The position numbers and the translations under genes were made by a program. Under the pieces are notes generated by a model. That model made no database searches, was not told the DNA's origin, and saw only the letters and a program-made list of their open reading frames with translations. A stretch of 64,000 bases of DNA from Candidatus Babelota bacterium. GTDB lineage: Bacteria; Babelota; Babeliae; Babelales; Vermiphilaceae. Below are positions 28,558-38,875 of the stretch, piece after piece (within the stretch, counting starts at the first letter, position 1; every line of letters starts with the position of its first letter). Location: contig JBMOLF010000015.1 of the NCBI GenBank assembly GCA_049325595.1, forward strand, positions 64,001 through 128,000, given 5' to 3'.

Positions 28558-29373
28558 TCATTGATTTTTTATAGTTTCTAAATATTTAATAGCAGCTTTA
28601 TTACCCGTAGTTCTGGTAAAATTAAACAAAGTACCGCTTTTTGACATATGCTGGCCAATTTCATTATCAATAAAATTGGGTCCAAATAATGTTATGGCTT
28701 GATTGATGATTGAAATTAAAATTTGAGTTAATGGTTTATTCTTTCCAAAAAAACTAATAAAACCTTTGAGCAAATCTACAAATTGTGACTCATTATTTTT
28801 ATTTAGTACCGGATGAGTATGATTAATAAAATTATCGAATACGCCTATAAGAGCTGCACTTAATGAATAATCTTTATCTAGCAGTGATCGAGCAAGAAGA
28901 CCTATGTACATGTGTACATTCACAATAGTTATTTTATCATTTTTATTTTTAATAAATGTTATTAAGGTATTTAAGGTCTCGCTATAGGAACTATATTTGT
29001 GTGTTGCTTTTTGCAAAACTTTTATTGTTTCTGCTTTGATATTGGGATCATTATAATTACCTGAAGTTAAAACAGTTAATGAAAGACCAAATTTTTGATC
29101 GAGTATTTTTTGGATAGTATCTTTATTTTCTTTTATGTATTCAGCGATTGCTTTATTAACTTGTGCATAGTTGTTTAAAAGAGTAAGTGCTTCATCGCGA
29201 GTATTTGAGATGTGTAATAATTGCTTTACTATCTCTGTTGTTTGAATATCAGATGGTAGTTCTGGTAACGAACTAGTAAAGGGTTGAGTAACCCATTTTT
29301 TTATTTTATTCCAAACGCCCATGCTAAAAATTGGCGAGTTTAAAAATAAAATCAAAATTATGAGCTTTTTCAT
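28558..29373 (-). CDS. Secreted F-box-like protein, paralog of 21463-22293; likely start MKKLII
   Basis: GGAG RBS; LPELPSDIQTTEIVKQLL; TRDEALTLL.NYAQVNKAIA shared with the paralog. Confidence 0.65.
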   Translation of the reverse strand: MKKLIILILFLNSPIFSMGVWNKIKKWVTQPFTSSLPELPSDIQTTEIVKQLLHISNTRDEALTLLNNYAQVNKAIAEYIKENKDTIQKILDQKFGLSLTVLTSGNYNDPNIKAETIKVLQKATHKYSSYSETLNTLITFIKNKNDKITIVNVHMYIGLLARSLLDKDYSLSAALIGVFDNFINHTHPVLNKNNESQFVDLLKGFISFFGKNKPLTQILISIINQAITLFGPNFIDNEIGQHMSKSGTLFNFTRTTGNKAAIKYLETIKNQ

Positions 29374-29692
29374 GAAAGTATTTCTCCAATTAATGCTTAA
29401 TGATCCCAAAGAATCGCACAATAAATTAATTTTATATGATTATTCTTAATGTTGGAGTTCTTTAGTTTACCAGTTTCATAATGCAGATTGTAATAGTTTT
29501 AAAAATAGGTTTGTTTAACATAAAGGTTGTAATTAATTTAGTTAATTGGTCTCAAATGCATTTTTATGTTACATTAATAAAAATTACTTATTAAATTTCT
29601 GCTCTTAAGCGTATTAATAAATTTTCCATACCTACTAAGGTTAGTGTACCCAAATAGAAAAATGCACTTAGTGAATATAAGCAGGATAAATT

Positions 29693-30484
29693 ATGAAAAA
29701 AATAATACAGAGCAATCGACCACTAAATGGTCAATTGCTTGATACCATTAAAGCAGCATTTAATTCTTCGATTGACTTTACTCAATATCCATTTTGCTTG
29801 GATGTGGTACAAAATTTAAAAGAAATTAAGTTTACAACACCAGTTACCTTTTTTGTTGGAGAAAATGGTACCGGTAAATCAACTATTCTTGAAGCAATTG
29901 CTTATCATGCCGGTTTTGGTATTGAAGGTGGTAGCAAAAATATTAATTTTAAAACGGCATCAGAAAAGCATTATTCAAGCGCAGAGCAATTAGCAGATTG
30001 CTTAACTTTATCCTGGAATCGAAAATCTGAAGATGGTTATTTTTTTAGGGCAGAAACATTTTATAATGTTGCTAATCATCTTGACCATATAGCGCTTTTT
30101 GGCGGAGGTGGTGATAAAACTTATGCTCCGTATGGTGGTAAATCATTGCATGAACAATCTCATGGTGAAAGTTTTTTATCTTTTTTTAAAAATCGGTTGG
30201 GGAAAGGTGGCTTTTTTGTATTAGACGAGCCAGAGGCCGCACTTTCTCCCCAACGGCAGTTGTCTTTAATGGTTATTATTAATCAATTATGCAAGCAAAG
30301 TTCTGCTCAATTTATTATTGCTACCCATTCACCGTTACTTTTGGCTTATCCAGGTGCAGTTATTTATTCTTGTGATAATGGTAAACTTGATACTAAATCT
30401 TATAAAGATACTGATCATTATCAAATAACCAAAAGTTTTTTGGATAATACTGATTATTTTTTGCATCATTTGTTTAATGATTAA
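29693..30484 (+). CDS. Stand-alone ABC/AAA-type ATPase (COG3910-like)
   Basis: GENGTGKST, SHGESF, LDEPEAALSP, IATHSP. Confidence 0.85.
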   Translation: MKKIIQSNRPLNGQLLDTIKAAFNSSIDFTQYPFCLDVVQNLKEIKFTTPVTFFVGENGTGKSTILEAIAYHAGFGIEGGSKNINFKTASEKHYSSAEQLADCLTLSWNRKSEDGYFFRAETFYNVANHLDHIALFGGGGDKTYAPYGGKSLHEQSHGESFLSFFKNRLGKGGFFVLDEPEAALSPQRQLSLMVIINQLCKQSSAQFIIATHSPLLLAYPGAVIYSCDNGKLDTKSYKDTDHYQITKSFLDNTDYFLHHLFND

Positions 30485-30547
30485 CTTTACGCTTTATTTC
30501 TTTTTTACTATAGTCTCCACAAGTTAATTCAAACTAAGGAGTACTAC

Positions 30548-31345
30548 ATGAAAAAGAAGATAACGCTTCTTGCATTATTATCAATTCCGTATGCATATGC
30601 GTATGATGTTGATTGTGCCAATATTAAAGAGATGTATGATCGTGCGCAGATGTACATGCAGGCCAATAGACCCGGTTACACATCTCATGCCGTTGAAATG
30701 TTTCAAGCAATTTATGATAAATGTAAAGACAAGTCAAAAGATAAAGAAACATTAGGAAACACGGTTTATCAGATTGGCAGAGCTCATTGGCACGGTTATG
30801 GTGTTGGCAGAAATTATCCTAAAGCATGCAGTTATTTTGATGAATTGATTAGCCAATATGCAGATGTAGCCGACCATAATTTGGTTGGGTATTCTCAAAT
30901 GTTTATTGCAGATGGCGCACGTAATGCTTTGTGTGAAGAACGCAATTGGGCAAAAGCAATAATAATGTATAAAAAAATCATTGCTGATGAAAAATTTACA
31001 AAGGCTGATATTAAAGCATGGGCGCAAGCTCGTTTAGGAGATGCTTATCGCGAAGGTGAAGGAATAGGGCAAGACTATTCAAAAAGTTTTGAGCTCTTTA
31101 ACTCTATTATGAATGATGATAAAAACATTCCTGATAAATCAGTTGTAGCATGGGCAAAGTTTTGGATAGCAGATGCTCATGAACATGCAAAAGGTGTAGA
31201 AAAAGATTTAGATAAAGCACATGCAATGTTCACTGATATTGTTGAAAATTATAAAGAATTGGATCCAATAGCTGTTATTCATGCACAAGATCGATTAAAG
31301 AAAATGGAAGAAGCTGGCTATAAACCGAATGTAAAAAAAGATTAA
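30548..31345 (+). CDS. Secreted Sel1-like repeat protein
   Basis: Signal peptide; repeated A...LG..Y..G.G...D..KA units. Confidence 0.8.
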   Translation: MKKKITLLALLSIPYAYAYDVDCANIKEMYDRAQMYMQANRPGYTSHAVEMFQAIYDKCKDKSKDKETLGNTVYQIGRAHWHGYGVGRNYPKACSYFDELISQYADVADHNLVGYSQMFIADGARNALCEERNWAKAIIMYKKIIADEKFTKADIKAWAQARLGDAYREGEGIGQDYSKSFELFNSIMNDDKNIPDKSVVAWAKFWIADAHEHAKGVEKDLDKAHAMFTDIVENYKELDPIAVIHAQDRLKKMEEAGYKPNVKKD

Positions 31346-31366
31346 TATTATTTTAGAAGGATTGCT

Positions 31367-31708
31367 ATGAAGAAATTGTTATTAACAACTCTTGTAGTTA
31401 CTGCTATGAGTCTATATGCCGATGCTGACCCAAGAAAACCATTAGAACAAATGCGTGAACATAAACGACAAGATGACTCAATGACAGCTAAAGATTTTAT
31501 TGTTGCTGGGGTGATTGGCGGTTGCGCTATTGAACTTGCTAATGTAATTAGAAAAGATGAAAATTATAAAAAAGTTTTAGCTTTTGCAATGGATTATCCG
31601 GGTGTTTTTGTTGCCGGTGTTTCAGCATCAGCTGGTCTTATTTACATTTATGGTAAAGGGATTAAAAATTTTCTTTCGCGTTATAAGCTCGTAGCTAAAT
31701 CAGAATAA
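31367..31708 (+). CDS. Secreted/membrane hypothetical protein
   Basis: AAGGA RBS, signal peptide, two hydrophobic helices. Confidence 0.6.
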   Translation: MKKLLLTTLVVTAMSLYADADPRKPLEQMREHKRQDDSMTAKDFIVAGVIGGCAIELANVIRKDENYKKVLAFAMDYPGVFVAGVSASAGLIYIYGKGIKNFLSRYKLVAKSE

Positions 31709-31731
31709 GTGATTACAGAATTATCACCAAT

Positions 31732-31763
31732 AAAAAAAGGCTAGAATAATCTAGCCTTTTTTT
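31732..31763. terminator. Intrinsic terminator
   Basis: aaaaaaaggctaga-ataa-tctagccttttttt. Confidence 0.8.
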
Positions 31764-31833
31764 ATTGACAATTTAATTTCAAAAGTAATAATAAGGTCGA
31801 CATATTATAAAACAGCTAAGCCAAGGGGAAATA

Positions 31834-33534
31834 ATGTCAAAAAAATTATTGCTTTCTTTTTGTGTTGCGAGCAATCTATTCGCTCAATACGATGACCATT
31901 ATAAATCAGGGGCAGCAAGAATTGCTCATATAATGTCTAATGAAGAAACGGATGTAGGTGTCTCTGCTAAAAAAAATATTAAGTATGCAGAAACTCAGAA
32001 TTTGGTGCATGATTTGAATACCACAGAAATTGCACATTTTTTTGATTGCAAAACAGTATGGGGCACTATTTATTTGCAAGAGACGTTGAATAATCCAATA
32101 CGTTTGGAAGATTTACCAGCAGTATTACAACGACAAAATGCAATAAAAACACTGGTAGAAAACCCTGCAATAAAAAAAGAAGTTGATCAACTTTTGGAAA
32201 TGGTAAAGCAATCTGAGAATGATATTATTTTGCTGTTTTCTGATTATTTTAAGGGTCAAAACTGCCCAGAATTAGCAAATCTTGAAATTATAAAAAAACA
32301 AAATCCTTATCTGTATCCCTTTTTTAAATTGATAACATATAACCCAAAAGCAAAATGTGCTGCAACAGCGTTGAGTCTTATTTCTATTCCTATTGGAACA
32401 GCAACTACTGCCTATTTAGCAAAAATTTCTTATGACCTTGCGCGTGCTGGTTATCATTCAATTAATATGTATTTATTAACTGCTTATTGTGGGTTGCTTG
32501 ATGGTATTTCAATGTATGGTGCTTACAAAGATTATTCGTTAGGATCTGAAAAAAGAAAAAAGTTACATGCATTAAATCAGCTTATCACCAGCGCAGAACT
32601 TATTGAAAAATTATGCTCTCAATTTGGTATTGAACAACACTATAAAATAAGTGACTATAAAGATATAGTTGGATATCAGCTTATTAAAGAACTTAAGCAT
32701 GACAGATATGCACGCAAACAATGCGCTTTATTTTTGACATCATCTGTGCATACCTTCATATATAAATTATATGAGCATGATAAACAGTTAGCGCAATTAT
32801 TCGCTACTATTGGTGAGATGGATGCATATAATGCGGTAGCAAATAAAATATTAGCATCAAAAGAACAGGGTAATAAATTCTGCTTTGCTCGTTTTAACGA
32901 AAATAAAAACGCGTTCATACAAGCGACTAATTTTTGGAATGTATTAGTAACAAATCCGATTGTAAACTCTATATCAGAAGATAGAAACATTATATTAACA
33001 GGTCCAAACAAGGGCGGAAAAACAACTGCTATCAGAGCATTGCTCCAAAATATTGTAATGGCACAGAGCTTTGGTATAGCAGCGGCAGAATATTTTGAAA
33101 GTAGTGTTTTTGATGTAATTCATTCATATCTTAATGTTTCAGATGATTTAATTAATGGATTTTCATTATTTGCATCCGAATTAAAACGAGCCCAAGAAAT
33201 ATTGCAGCGAATCAAATCATTGAATAATAATGAAAAGTTTTTCTTCGCGCTAGATGAACTATTTACTGGAACGGTTGCTGAAGATGGTGAACAGTGTGCT
33301 CATGAATTTATTAAAAAGATTGGTAATTATGATGGCATTCAATTTATATACGCAACACATTTTAATAAATTAAAAGAATTAGCAGAACATAATGCTAGAT
33401 GTGTTAATTACCGTGTTGATGCGCCTTTCAAAAACGAAGAAGGCAAATTAATGTATCCATTTACGCTAAGTAAAGGATATAGTGATTCACGTGTAGCTCT
33501 GGATCTAGCTCGTGAAGCACAGTTATTTGATTAA
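31834..33534 (+). CDS. MutS-related ATPase (domain III/V only) with a signal-like N-terminus
   Basis: ILTGPNKGGKTT, SLFASE, LDELFTGT, ATHF; no mismatch-binding domain I. Confidence 0.8.
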   Translation: MSKKLLLSFCVASNLFAQYDDHYKSGAARIAHIMSNEETDVGVSAKKNIKYAETQNLVHDLNTTEIAHFFDCKTVWGTIYLQETLNNPIRLEDLPAVLQRQNAIKTLVENPAIKKEVDQLLEMVKQSENDIILLFSDYFKGQNCPELANLEIIKKQNPYLYPFFKLITYNPKAKCAATALSLISIPIGTATTAYLAKISYDLARAGYHSINMYLLTAYCGLLDGISMYGAYKDYSLGSEKRKKLHALNQLITSAELIEKLCSQFGIEQHYKISDYKDIVGYQLIKELKHDRYARKQCALFLTSSVHTFIYKLYEHDKQLAQLFATIGEMDAYNAVANKILASKEQGNKFCFARFNENKNAFIQATNFWNVLVTNPIVNSISEDRNIILTGPNKGGKTTAIRALLQNIVMAQSFGIAAAEYFESSVFDVIHSYLNVSDDLINGFSLFASELKRAQEILQRIKSLNNNEKFFFALDELFTGTVAEDGEQCAHEFIKKIGNYDGIQFIYATHFNKLKELAEHNARCVNYRVDAPFKNEEGKLMYPFTLSKGYSDSRVALDLAREAQLFD

Positions 33535-33554
33535 TATGTTTAACTATGTTTATA

Positions 33555-33583
33555 ATTACGGCTGCGATTTACGCAGCCGTAAT
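33555..33583. terminator. Intrinsic terminator hairpin
   Basis: attacggctgcg-attta-cgcagccgtaat. Confidence 0.7.
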
Positions 33584-33885
33584 GTTTATTGAGATTTTAC
33601 AACAAAGTTTACAAACGATTTTTTTAATTTTGAAAAAAGAAAAATTATATGTTCTTACCATATAAAAAATAATTGATCTTACTCACGAGCTTAATGAACA
33701 TAATACAGCATGGGAGATGGTGATTGTGGCTTTGAATTACATACGTTGATTATGATCAGTGTAATGACGTTGTCAAATTTAAAATACAAGCGCTAGCCTA
33801 AACAAGTCATGAGTAATTGCATTACCAATAAAAATTAACGCTATGCAAGCTCCTATTCAGGTAATTGGGCTTATTGATTAATTTA

Positions 33886-34491
33886 TTAATTATCCAGTTG
33901 TACAACTCCATGAATCAGTTCTTTGTAATAAGCAGACTTACTGAGCAATGTGTGCTGATCATAGGCCTCAATTATTTTTTCTTGATCAAGCAAAGATAAA
34001 TCGATAATCCCAACAGCTTTTTGTATTGTTTTAAGACGATGGGCAACAACGAGCGTAACTGATTCATGAGCAAGATGCTCAATCATGCGCGTAATAGCAA
34101 GTTCACTGATCTCATCAAGGCTGCTTGTAGGTTCATCTATGAGAATGAGAAGTGGTTTATAAAATAGACCTCTTAGATACAGTGCAGCAAAATTTAACCG
34201 TTGTCTTTGGCCGCCTGATAAGTTAAGCCCACCTTCGCCTAATACTGTTTCTATGCCGTTGTGGTTGTTTAAAATAGTGAGCAATCCAACTTGATCCAAA
34301 ACCGATATCAACTGATCATCAGAAAAGCCATGATCATTTGGAAGGCCCAGCAAGAGATTATTTTTTATCGTGCCCCGCAGATTTGAAGCGACCTGTCCTT
34401 GGAGTGCTATAAGCCGGCTTCGCATTGCATCGGTTACCTGATATATGTCAATACCATTAATTAAAATAGCGCCCTTAATGGGTTTTAATCT
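33886..34491 (-). pseudogene. 3' remnant of an ABC transporter ATPase, truncated at the IS200 left end
   Basis: LSGGQRQR, LIDEPTSSLD and VAHRL present; frame runs back to RLKPIKGAILINGID, then meets a TAG at the IS boundary; Walker A is missing. Confidence 0.8.
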
Positions 34492-34493
34492 CT

Positions 34494-35046
34494 AGAGGTT
34501 AATTCCTCGCGGCTTGCCGCGGGACAAAAGTCCTTATAAACTGGAGTTATGAGTCGCTACATACATAAAAGTCATAACGTATCAGTACTAATGTATCATA
34601 TAGTTTGTCCCGCGAAATACCGGAAAGCAGTATTTAACGAAGAGATAGATAAAATCTTAAAGTTAGTTTGCTTAGAAATTGAACTGAGATATGAGATAGA
34701 GTTCCTAGAAATAGGAACGGACCGAGATCATGTACATTTTCTTGTGCAATCAGTACCAACGTATAGTCCAACAGAAATAGTAAAGAAAATAAAGAGCATC
34801 ACAGCGAGAGAAATTTTCAAGAGAGCTCCCTATGTTAAAAAAGAATTATGGGGAGGCGAATTTTGGTCGAGTGGATATTATATTAGTACTGTTGGTAAAC
34901 ATGGAAGCGAGAAACGAGTAGCTGCATATGTTAAAAATCAAGGTCAAGAATATAATTTGTTGCACAAACAAGATCCTAAAAAATTCGGACAGATGTTTTT
35001 CCTATAAATAGTTTTGATACCTCGCTGCTTGCTGCGAGGTTATTCA
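34494..35046 (+). mobile_element. IS200/IS605-family element (tnpA only); ends approximate
   Basis: Related subterminal hairpins tcctcgcggcttgccgcggga (34504-34524) and acctcgctgcttgctgcgaggt (35019-35040), the latter followed by TTCA. Confidence 0.8.
34549..35007 (+). CDS. tnpA: IS200-family Y1 HUH transposase
   Basis: YHIVCPAKYR, DHVHFL (HUH), FWSSGYY, YVKNQ. Confidence 0.93.
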   Translation: MSRYIHKSHNVSVLMYHIVCPAKYRKAVFNEEIDKILKLVCLEIELRYEIEFLEIGTDRDHVHFLVQSVPTYSPTEIVKKIKSITAREIFKRAPYVKKELWGGEFWSSGYYISTVGKHGSEKRVAAYVKNQGQEYNLLHKQDPKKFGQMFFL

Positions 35047-35282
35047 TTTAACTCTTTATGCTTAATAACATACAAACGTGCTGCTTTTGATGATGCTTGA
35101 TAACGGTTTATATTTTGCCACGCTTCTTTTTTTGTTTGTGCAGTGTTAATGAGCTGTTTGATAATTTCACCAAATCTAATTTCTTCAGGAAGCGCTTCAA
35201 GTGAACATGGTTTATTTTTTTCCATCGCATAAGAGTGATGAGCTAGAAAAAGAAATGTTAGAAGTAAGACTTTTTTAATCAT
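35040..35282 (-). pseudogene. 5' remnant of a secreted F-box-like gene, truncated at the IS200 right end
   Basis: Signal-AMEKN; LEALPEEIRFGEIIKQLI; the stop codon lies in the IS end. Confidence 0.65.
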
Positions 35283-35486
35283 GACAATCCTAACCTAATT
35301 AGGTAATACCTATTGCGATTGTAAATTGTCCTTCATTTGCAATGCAAGATATTGCGATTTGTATCTTTTTAATTGTGATGTAGAAATTCAAACCGATAAT
35401 AAGCAAAAATTTTTTTGAAAAAATAAAGCAAAAACATTATTATGTTTTGCTTGTAAGCATTTTTAATTTAACTACAAGGACTATTT

Positions 35487-36143
35487 ATGAAAAAACAAAC
35501 AATATTGTTATTAATAGGTTTATCTTTGATAAATTCTATTGGTGCAAGTCATGAATCATCTGATATAAAAAATGATTGGCTTCCACCACTAAAAACCAAA
35601 TTTGAAGAGCTATCTCAAGGTTGTAATCCGTATGAACGACTCTGTTTTACCCCAGAAAAGATTAGAGATTTAGAATTTGTTTTTAAAACTTCTCCTCGAC
35701 GGGCACAAAATGTTGTTGAACAATTAAAAAATAAGAGCGAATCGCAATTTACTCTTTTCTTTGGTCGTAGTGGAACCGGCAAAACTGATATGGCGCAAGC
35801 TATAGCTTATAAAATGATGAAAGAAGGATGGTCTACTCATTTTATTCCAAGCATGTATTTAGTAACAACCAGTGATGCTCGAACCTTAGAAAACTTAAAA
35901 AAGCAACTTGAATACATTACTACTCATAATAATAAAGTACTCATTATAATTGATGATATAGATGGATTATTTGATAGTTGTTCTGATAGCAAACTATTAG
36001 TTGAATATTTTAATCATTTTCTTGATGTTAATCAGAATAATCCTAATATACATGTTATTGCTACCCTATCAGAGCAAGGTAGATTACCTCAAAAACTTGA
36101 ACAAAAAATTGGTCACCGCAGAATAAGATTTAATTCTTTTTAA
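35487..36143 (+). CDS. AAA+ ATPase-like protein with a signal peptide
   Basis: GRSGTGKT Walker A, LIIIDDID Walker B; hydrophobic N-terminus. Confidence 0.75.
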   Translation: MKKQTILLLIGLSLINSIGASHESSDIKNDWLPPLKTKFEELSQGCNPYERLCFTPEKIRDLEFVFKTSPRRAQNVVEQLKNKSESQFTLFFGRSGTGKTDMAQAIAYKMMKEGWSTHFIPSMYLVTTSDARTLENLKKQLEYITTHNNKVLIIIDDIDGLFDSCSDSKLLVEYFNHFLDVNQNNPNIHVIATLSEQGRLPQKLEQKIGHRRIRFNSF

Positions 36144-36163
36144 TGTGAATTAGCTATAAAAAC

Positions 36164-36194
36164 AAAGAGCTCCTCGCAAAAAAGGAGCTCTTTT
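36164..36194. terminator. Bidirectional terminator
   Basis: aaagagctcct...aggagctctttt between convergent genes. Confidence 0.75.
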
Positions 36195-36201
36195 GTTGTA
36201 T

Positions 36202-37023
36202 TTATTCAACAAAATGTAACTTACCATCTTTATAACTACCGCGCTCACGCATGAGCAATTTTAACTTTTCAACGGCATCGCTATAACCACCAACTTGATC
36301 TATAAGCCCTAATTGTAATGCTTGCTCACCGGTAAACTCTTTTGCATCGGCCCAGTCAGATACATTTTCTATTTTTAGATTTCGAAACTGTGCAACTCGA
36401 GCAACAAAATTTTTATAACAATTGTCTACGTGTTCTTGATAAAAGGCGCGGACTTCGTCTTTCATGATAGGGGTATCTTCGTTTCGTGCTATTTTGTATT
36501 TTCCTGCATGAACAGTATCATAGATTATATCTCCATTTATGCCGTTGCTGTTTTTCTGTTTCATATTATTTATTTTTTTGTTTGACCACAATACACCAAT
36601 ACTTCCTATTGTACTCATAGAAGGGGCAATGATATTACTTGTTGCAGATGCTACTAAATAAGCACCTGAATTGCACATGCTTGCTACTAGTGTAACAATC
36701 GGTTTTGTTTTATTGAGCATCTCTATTTCGCGTGAGATGAGCTCCGATAGTCCACTACTTCCACCATTAGAATTAATTACGAGTAATATACCCTTAATTG
36801 AATCTTTTTCTGCAAATTCAATAATTTTTTTAATTAGTTTTTCAGTTTCTTCATTATTAATCTGATTGGTAAGTTTTAAAATCCCAATTTGATTTTGGGC
36901 TGGTACGTGTTGCGCTTTTTTTACTAAAAATTTACTGAGCAAAGGGATGTTAAGAGCTTTAGCTGACAAAATAATATTGCATGCAATAAACAAGAGTAAG
37001 GTTTTTGTATAACTGATTTTCAT
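36202..37023 (-). CDS. sppA: Signal peptide peptidase, S49 family (short SppA)
   Basis: INSNGGS, CNSGAYLVAS, GSIGV, GKYK, ALQLGLIDQVG. Confidence 0.8.
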   Translation of the reverse strand: MKISYTKTLLLFIACNIILSAKALNIPLLSKFLVKKAQHVPAQNQIGILKLTNQINNEETEKLIKKIIEFAEKDSIKGILLVINSNGGSSGLSELISREIEMLNKTKPIVTLVASMCNSGAYLVASATSNIIAPSMSTIGSIGVLWSNKKINNMKQKNSNGINGDIIYDTVHAGKYKIARNEDTPIMKDEVRAFYQEHVDNCYKNFVARVAQFRNLKIENVSDWADAKEFTGEQALQLGLIDQVGGYSDAVEKLKLLMRERGSYKDGKLHFVE

Positions 37024-37193
37024 AAAGATATCCTTTGTATAATTTCACCGATAAACAAGTATAACTTTTTTAAAAAAAACAGGAATTTAATATAGTATTT
37101 TTAATTGAGAGAAATGCTATAGGAAATTAAGAGGCTTATCTTAGCCTGCTCAAGTAATTCTCAATGGCATATTTTTAACAAATATATCTAAAA

Positions 37194-37988
37194 ATGGTTT
37201 ATATTAGTTTTGACTATAATATACGGGAGTTTGCGCTTATGAACCCAACTAAATTATTGTATATGGATGATTTTAACCAACTGTATTGCACGGCCCGCGT
37301 TGAAAGCGTTTTTTCAGAAAATGGCAAAGACATCGTTATTCTTGATCAGACCGTGTTTTATCCACAGGGTGGTGGTCAACCATACGACAAAGGTATTATT
37401 AAATCTAATAATGGCGAATTTGTTGTTGAAGAAGTCCGATTTGGAGAAGGCATGGTAAAACATATTGGCTTTTTTAGACACGGTATGTTTCCCGCATTTG
37501 GCAAGGGGAGGTTTATGCCAGGTGAAATAGTTGAATGTATTGTAGAGCAGGATCGTCGTGTACTTAATACGCGCTTGCATTCTGCTGGTCATTTGATTGA
37601 TTTAGCAGTACAAGAATTAAATTTACCGTGGGTGCCAGCAAAAGGATTCCATTTTCCTGAGGGGCCGTATGTTGAGTATGTAGTGGAATCTACTAACTTT
37701 GATAAAGAAAAAACAAAAGAGGACATTGAGGTTATTTGTAATCGATTAATTAATGAAAATATGCAAACTTCACTCCTCTTTATGAATAAAGAAGATATGA
37801 AATCGGTGTGCAAAAATGTTCCGGCTTTTATTCCTGAGAATAAGCCAGCGCGCGTTGTGATGTATGGCAAAGTTGGTATTCCCTGTGGTGGCACTCATGT
37901 AAAAAATAGTGCTGATATAAAACATATGGGCATACGAAAAATTAAAGTTGAAGGTAATCATGTTAAAGTGGCTTATGAGATAGCCTGA
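37194..37988 (+). CDS. AlaX-type alanyl-tRNA editing protein; start possibly at 37239
   Basis: LDQTVFYPQGGGQPYD, HSAGH, PCGGTHV. Confidence 0.9.
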   Translation: MVYISFDYNIREFALMNPTKLLYMDDFNQLYCTARVESVFSENGKDIVILDQTVFYPQGGGQPYDKGIIKSNNGEFVVEEVRFGEGMVKHIGFFRHGMFPAFGKGRFMPGEIVECIVEQDRRVLNTRLHSAGHLIDLAVQELNLPWVPAKGFHFPEGPYVEYVVESTNFDKEKTKEDIEVICNRLINENMQTSLLFMNKEDMKSVCKNVPAFIPENKPARVVMYGKVGIPCGGTHVKNSADIKHMGIRKIKVEGNHVKVAYEIA

Positions 37989-37997
37989 AGGAAATTA

Positions 37998-38375
37998 ATG
38001 CTTAAAAAAATAATTGTCGTTTTGATAGCGCTCTATAGTGGCACCTATGCAATGGATAATACTATTGAACCCGCAATTGCTGCCCGTGCTCATTGGATAG
38101 GAAATGAAATTGGTTTTGTAATTTTTAGATCAATTATGAATGCTCATGGTCAATCAAAAGGAATACTAAGCGACACAGATAAAAAGCCTTTAGCAGAATT
38201 CGATGATACAACGCAAACAGTAACAACTTATTTTTTACACAATAATAATCAACAGAAGTTTATATTAGAGCAGGATAAATTTATTACCTTTTTAAATGAT
38301 GAAAATCTACTGGAAAAAGCAAAAGCGTATAAAAGATTGCAACGTAATCTTTCGATTAAGTGTACTATTCTTTAA
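37998..38375 (+). CDS. Secreted protein with a C-terminal CaaX box (CTIL)
   Basis: Signal-AMD; ARAHWIGNE; paralog of 38415 and 40206. Confidence 0.7.
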   Translation: MLKKIIVVLIALYSGTYAMDNTIEPAIAARAHWIGNEIGFVIFRSIMNAHGQSKGILSDTDKKPLAEFDDTTQTVTTYFLHNNNQQKFILEQDKFITFLNDENLLEKAKAYKRLQRNLSIKCTIL

Positions 38376-38414
38376 ATAAAAAAATTATTTTATGTAAATT
38401 TAATAAGGAGTTTT

Positions 38415-38816
38415 ATGAAAAGATTTTTACTTACTCTTTTAATGGCAGTTCCTCTTTGCGCAATGGAACAAGAGTTGACTGAACATGAGATTAGCCAAGA
38501 TGATTTAATCGAAGCTCGTATACGTTGGGCGGGTTCTGAATCAAGAATTCGTCAACTTATGTTTGAAGCAAAAAATTATGCTAAAGAAGTACCCTGCCAA
38601 TATATATGTCAAGGCAAAGGGCATATAGCTGATTTTGATGGAAAAAACCAAACAGTGATAACTTATATTGCTAAAGATGATAAACAAACGAGTATCGTAC
38701 AAAGCTATGATGATTTTATTGCTTTTATAAATAATCAAGAATTATATGAGAAAGCGCGCGAAAAATATCTTCAATTGCATCCGCCAGTAAACCGTAAGCG
38801 GTGTGCAATTTTATAA
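38415..38816 (+). CDS. Secreted protein with a C-terminal CaaX box (CAIL)
   Basis: Signal-AME; ARIRWAGSE; ends RKRCAIL. Confidence 0.7.
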   Translation: MKRFLLTLLMAVPLCAMEQELTEHEISQDDLIEARIRWAGSESRIRQLMFEAKNYAKEVPCQYICQGKGHIADFDGKNQTVITYIAKDDKQTSIVQSYDDFIAFINNQELYEKAREKYLQLHPPVNRKRCAIL

Positions 38817-38875
38817 GTAATTTAAGATTGTATTTTTAAATAAATGTGCCATACTAGTTGATTATGGAGGTTATT

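Noticed and set aside
34494..35046. TnpB/omega-RNA-guided system at the IS200 element
   Set aside because: The element has only tnpA; the right hairpin follows the stop codon directly, leaving no room for tnpB.
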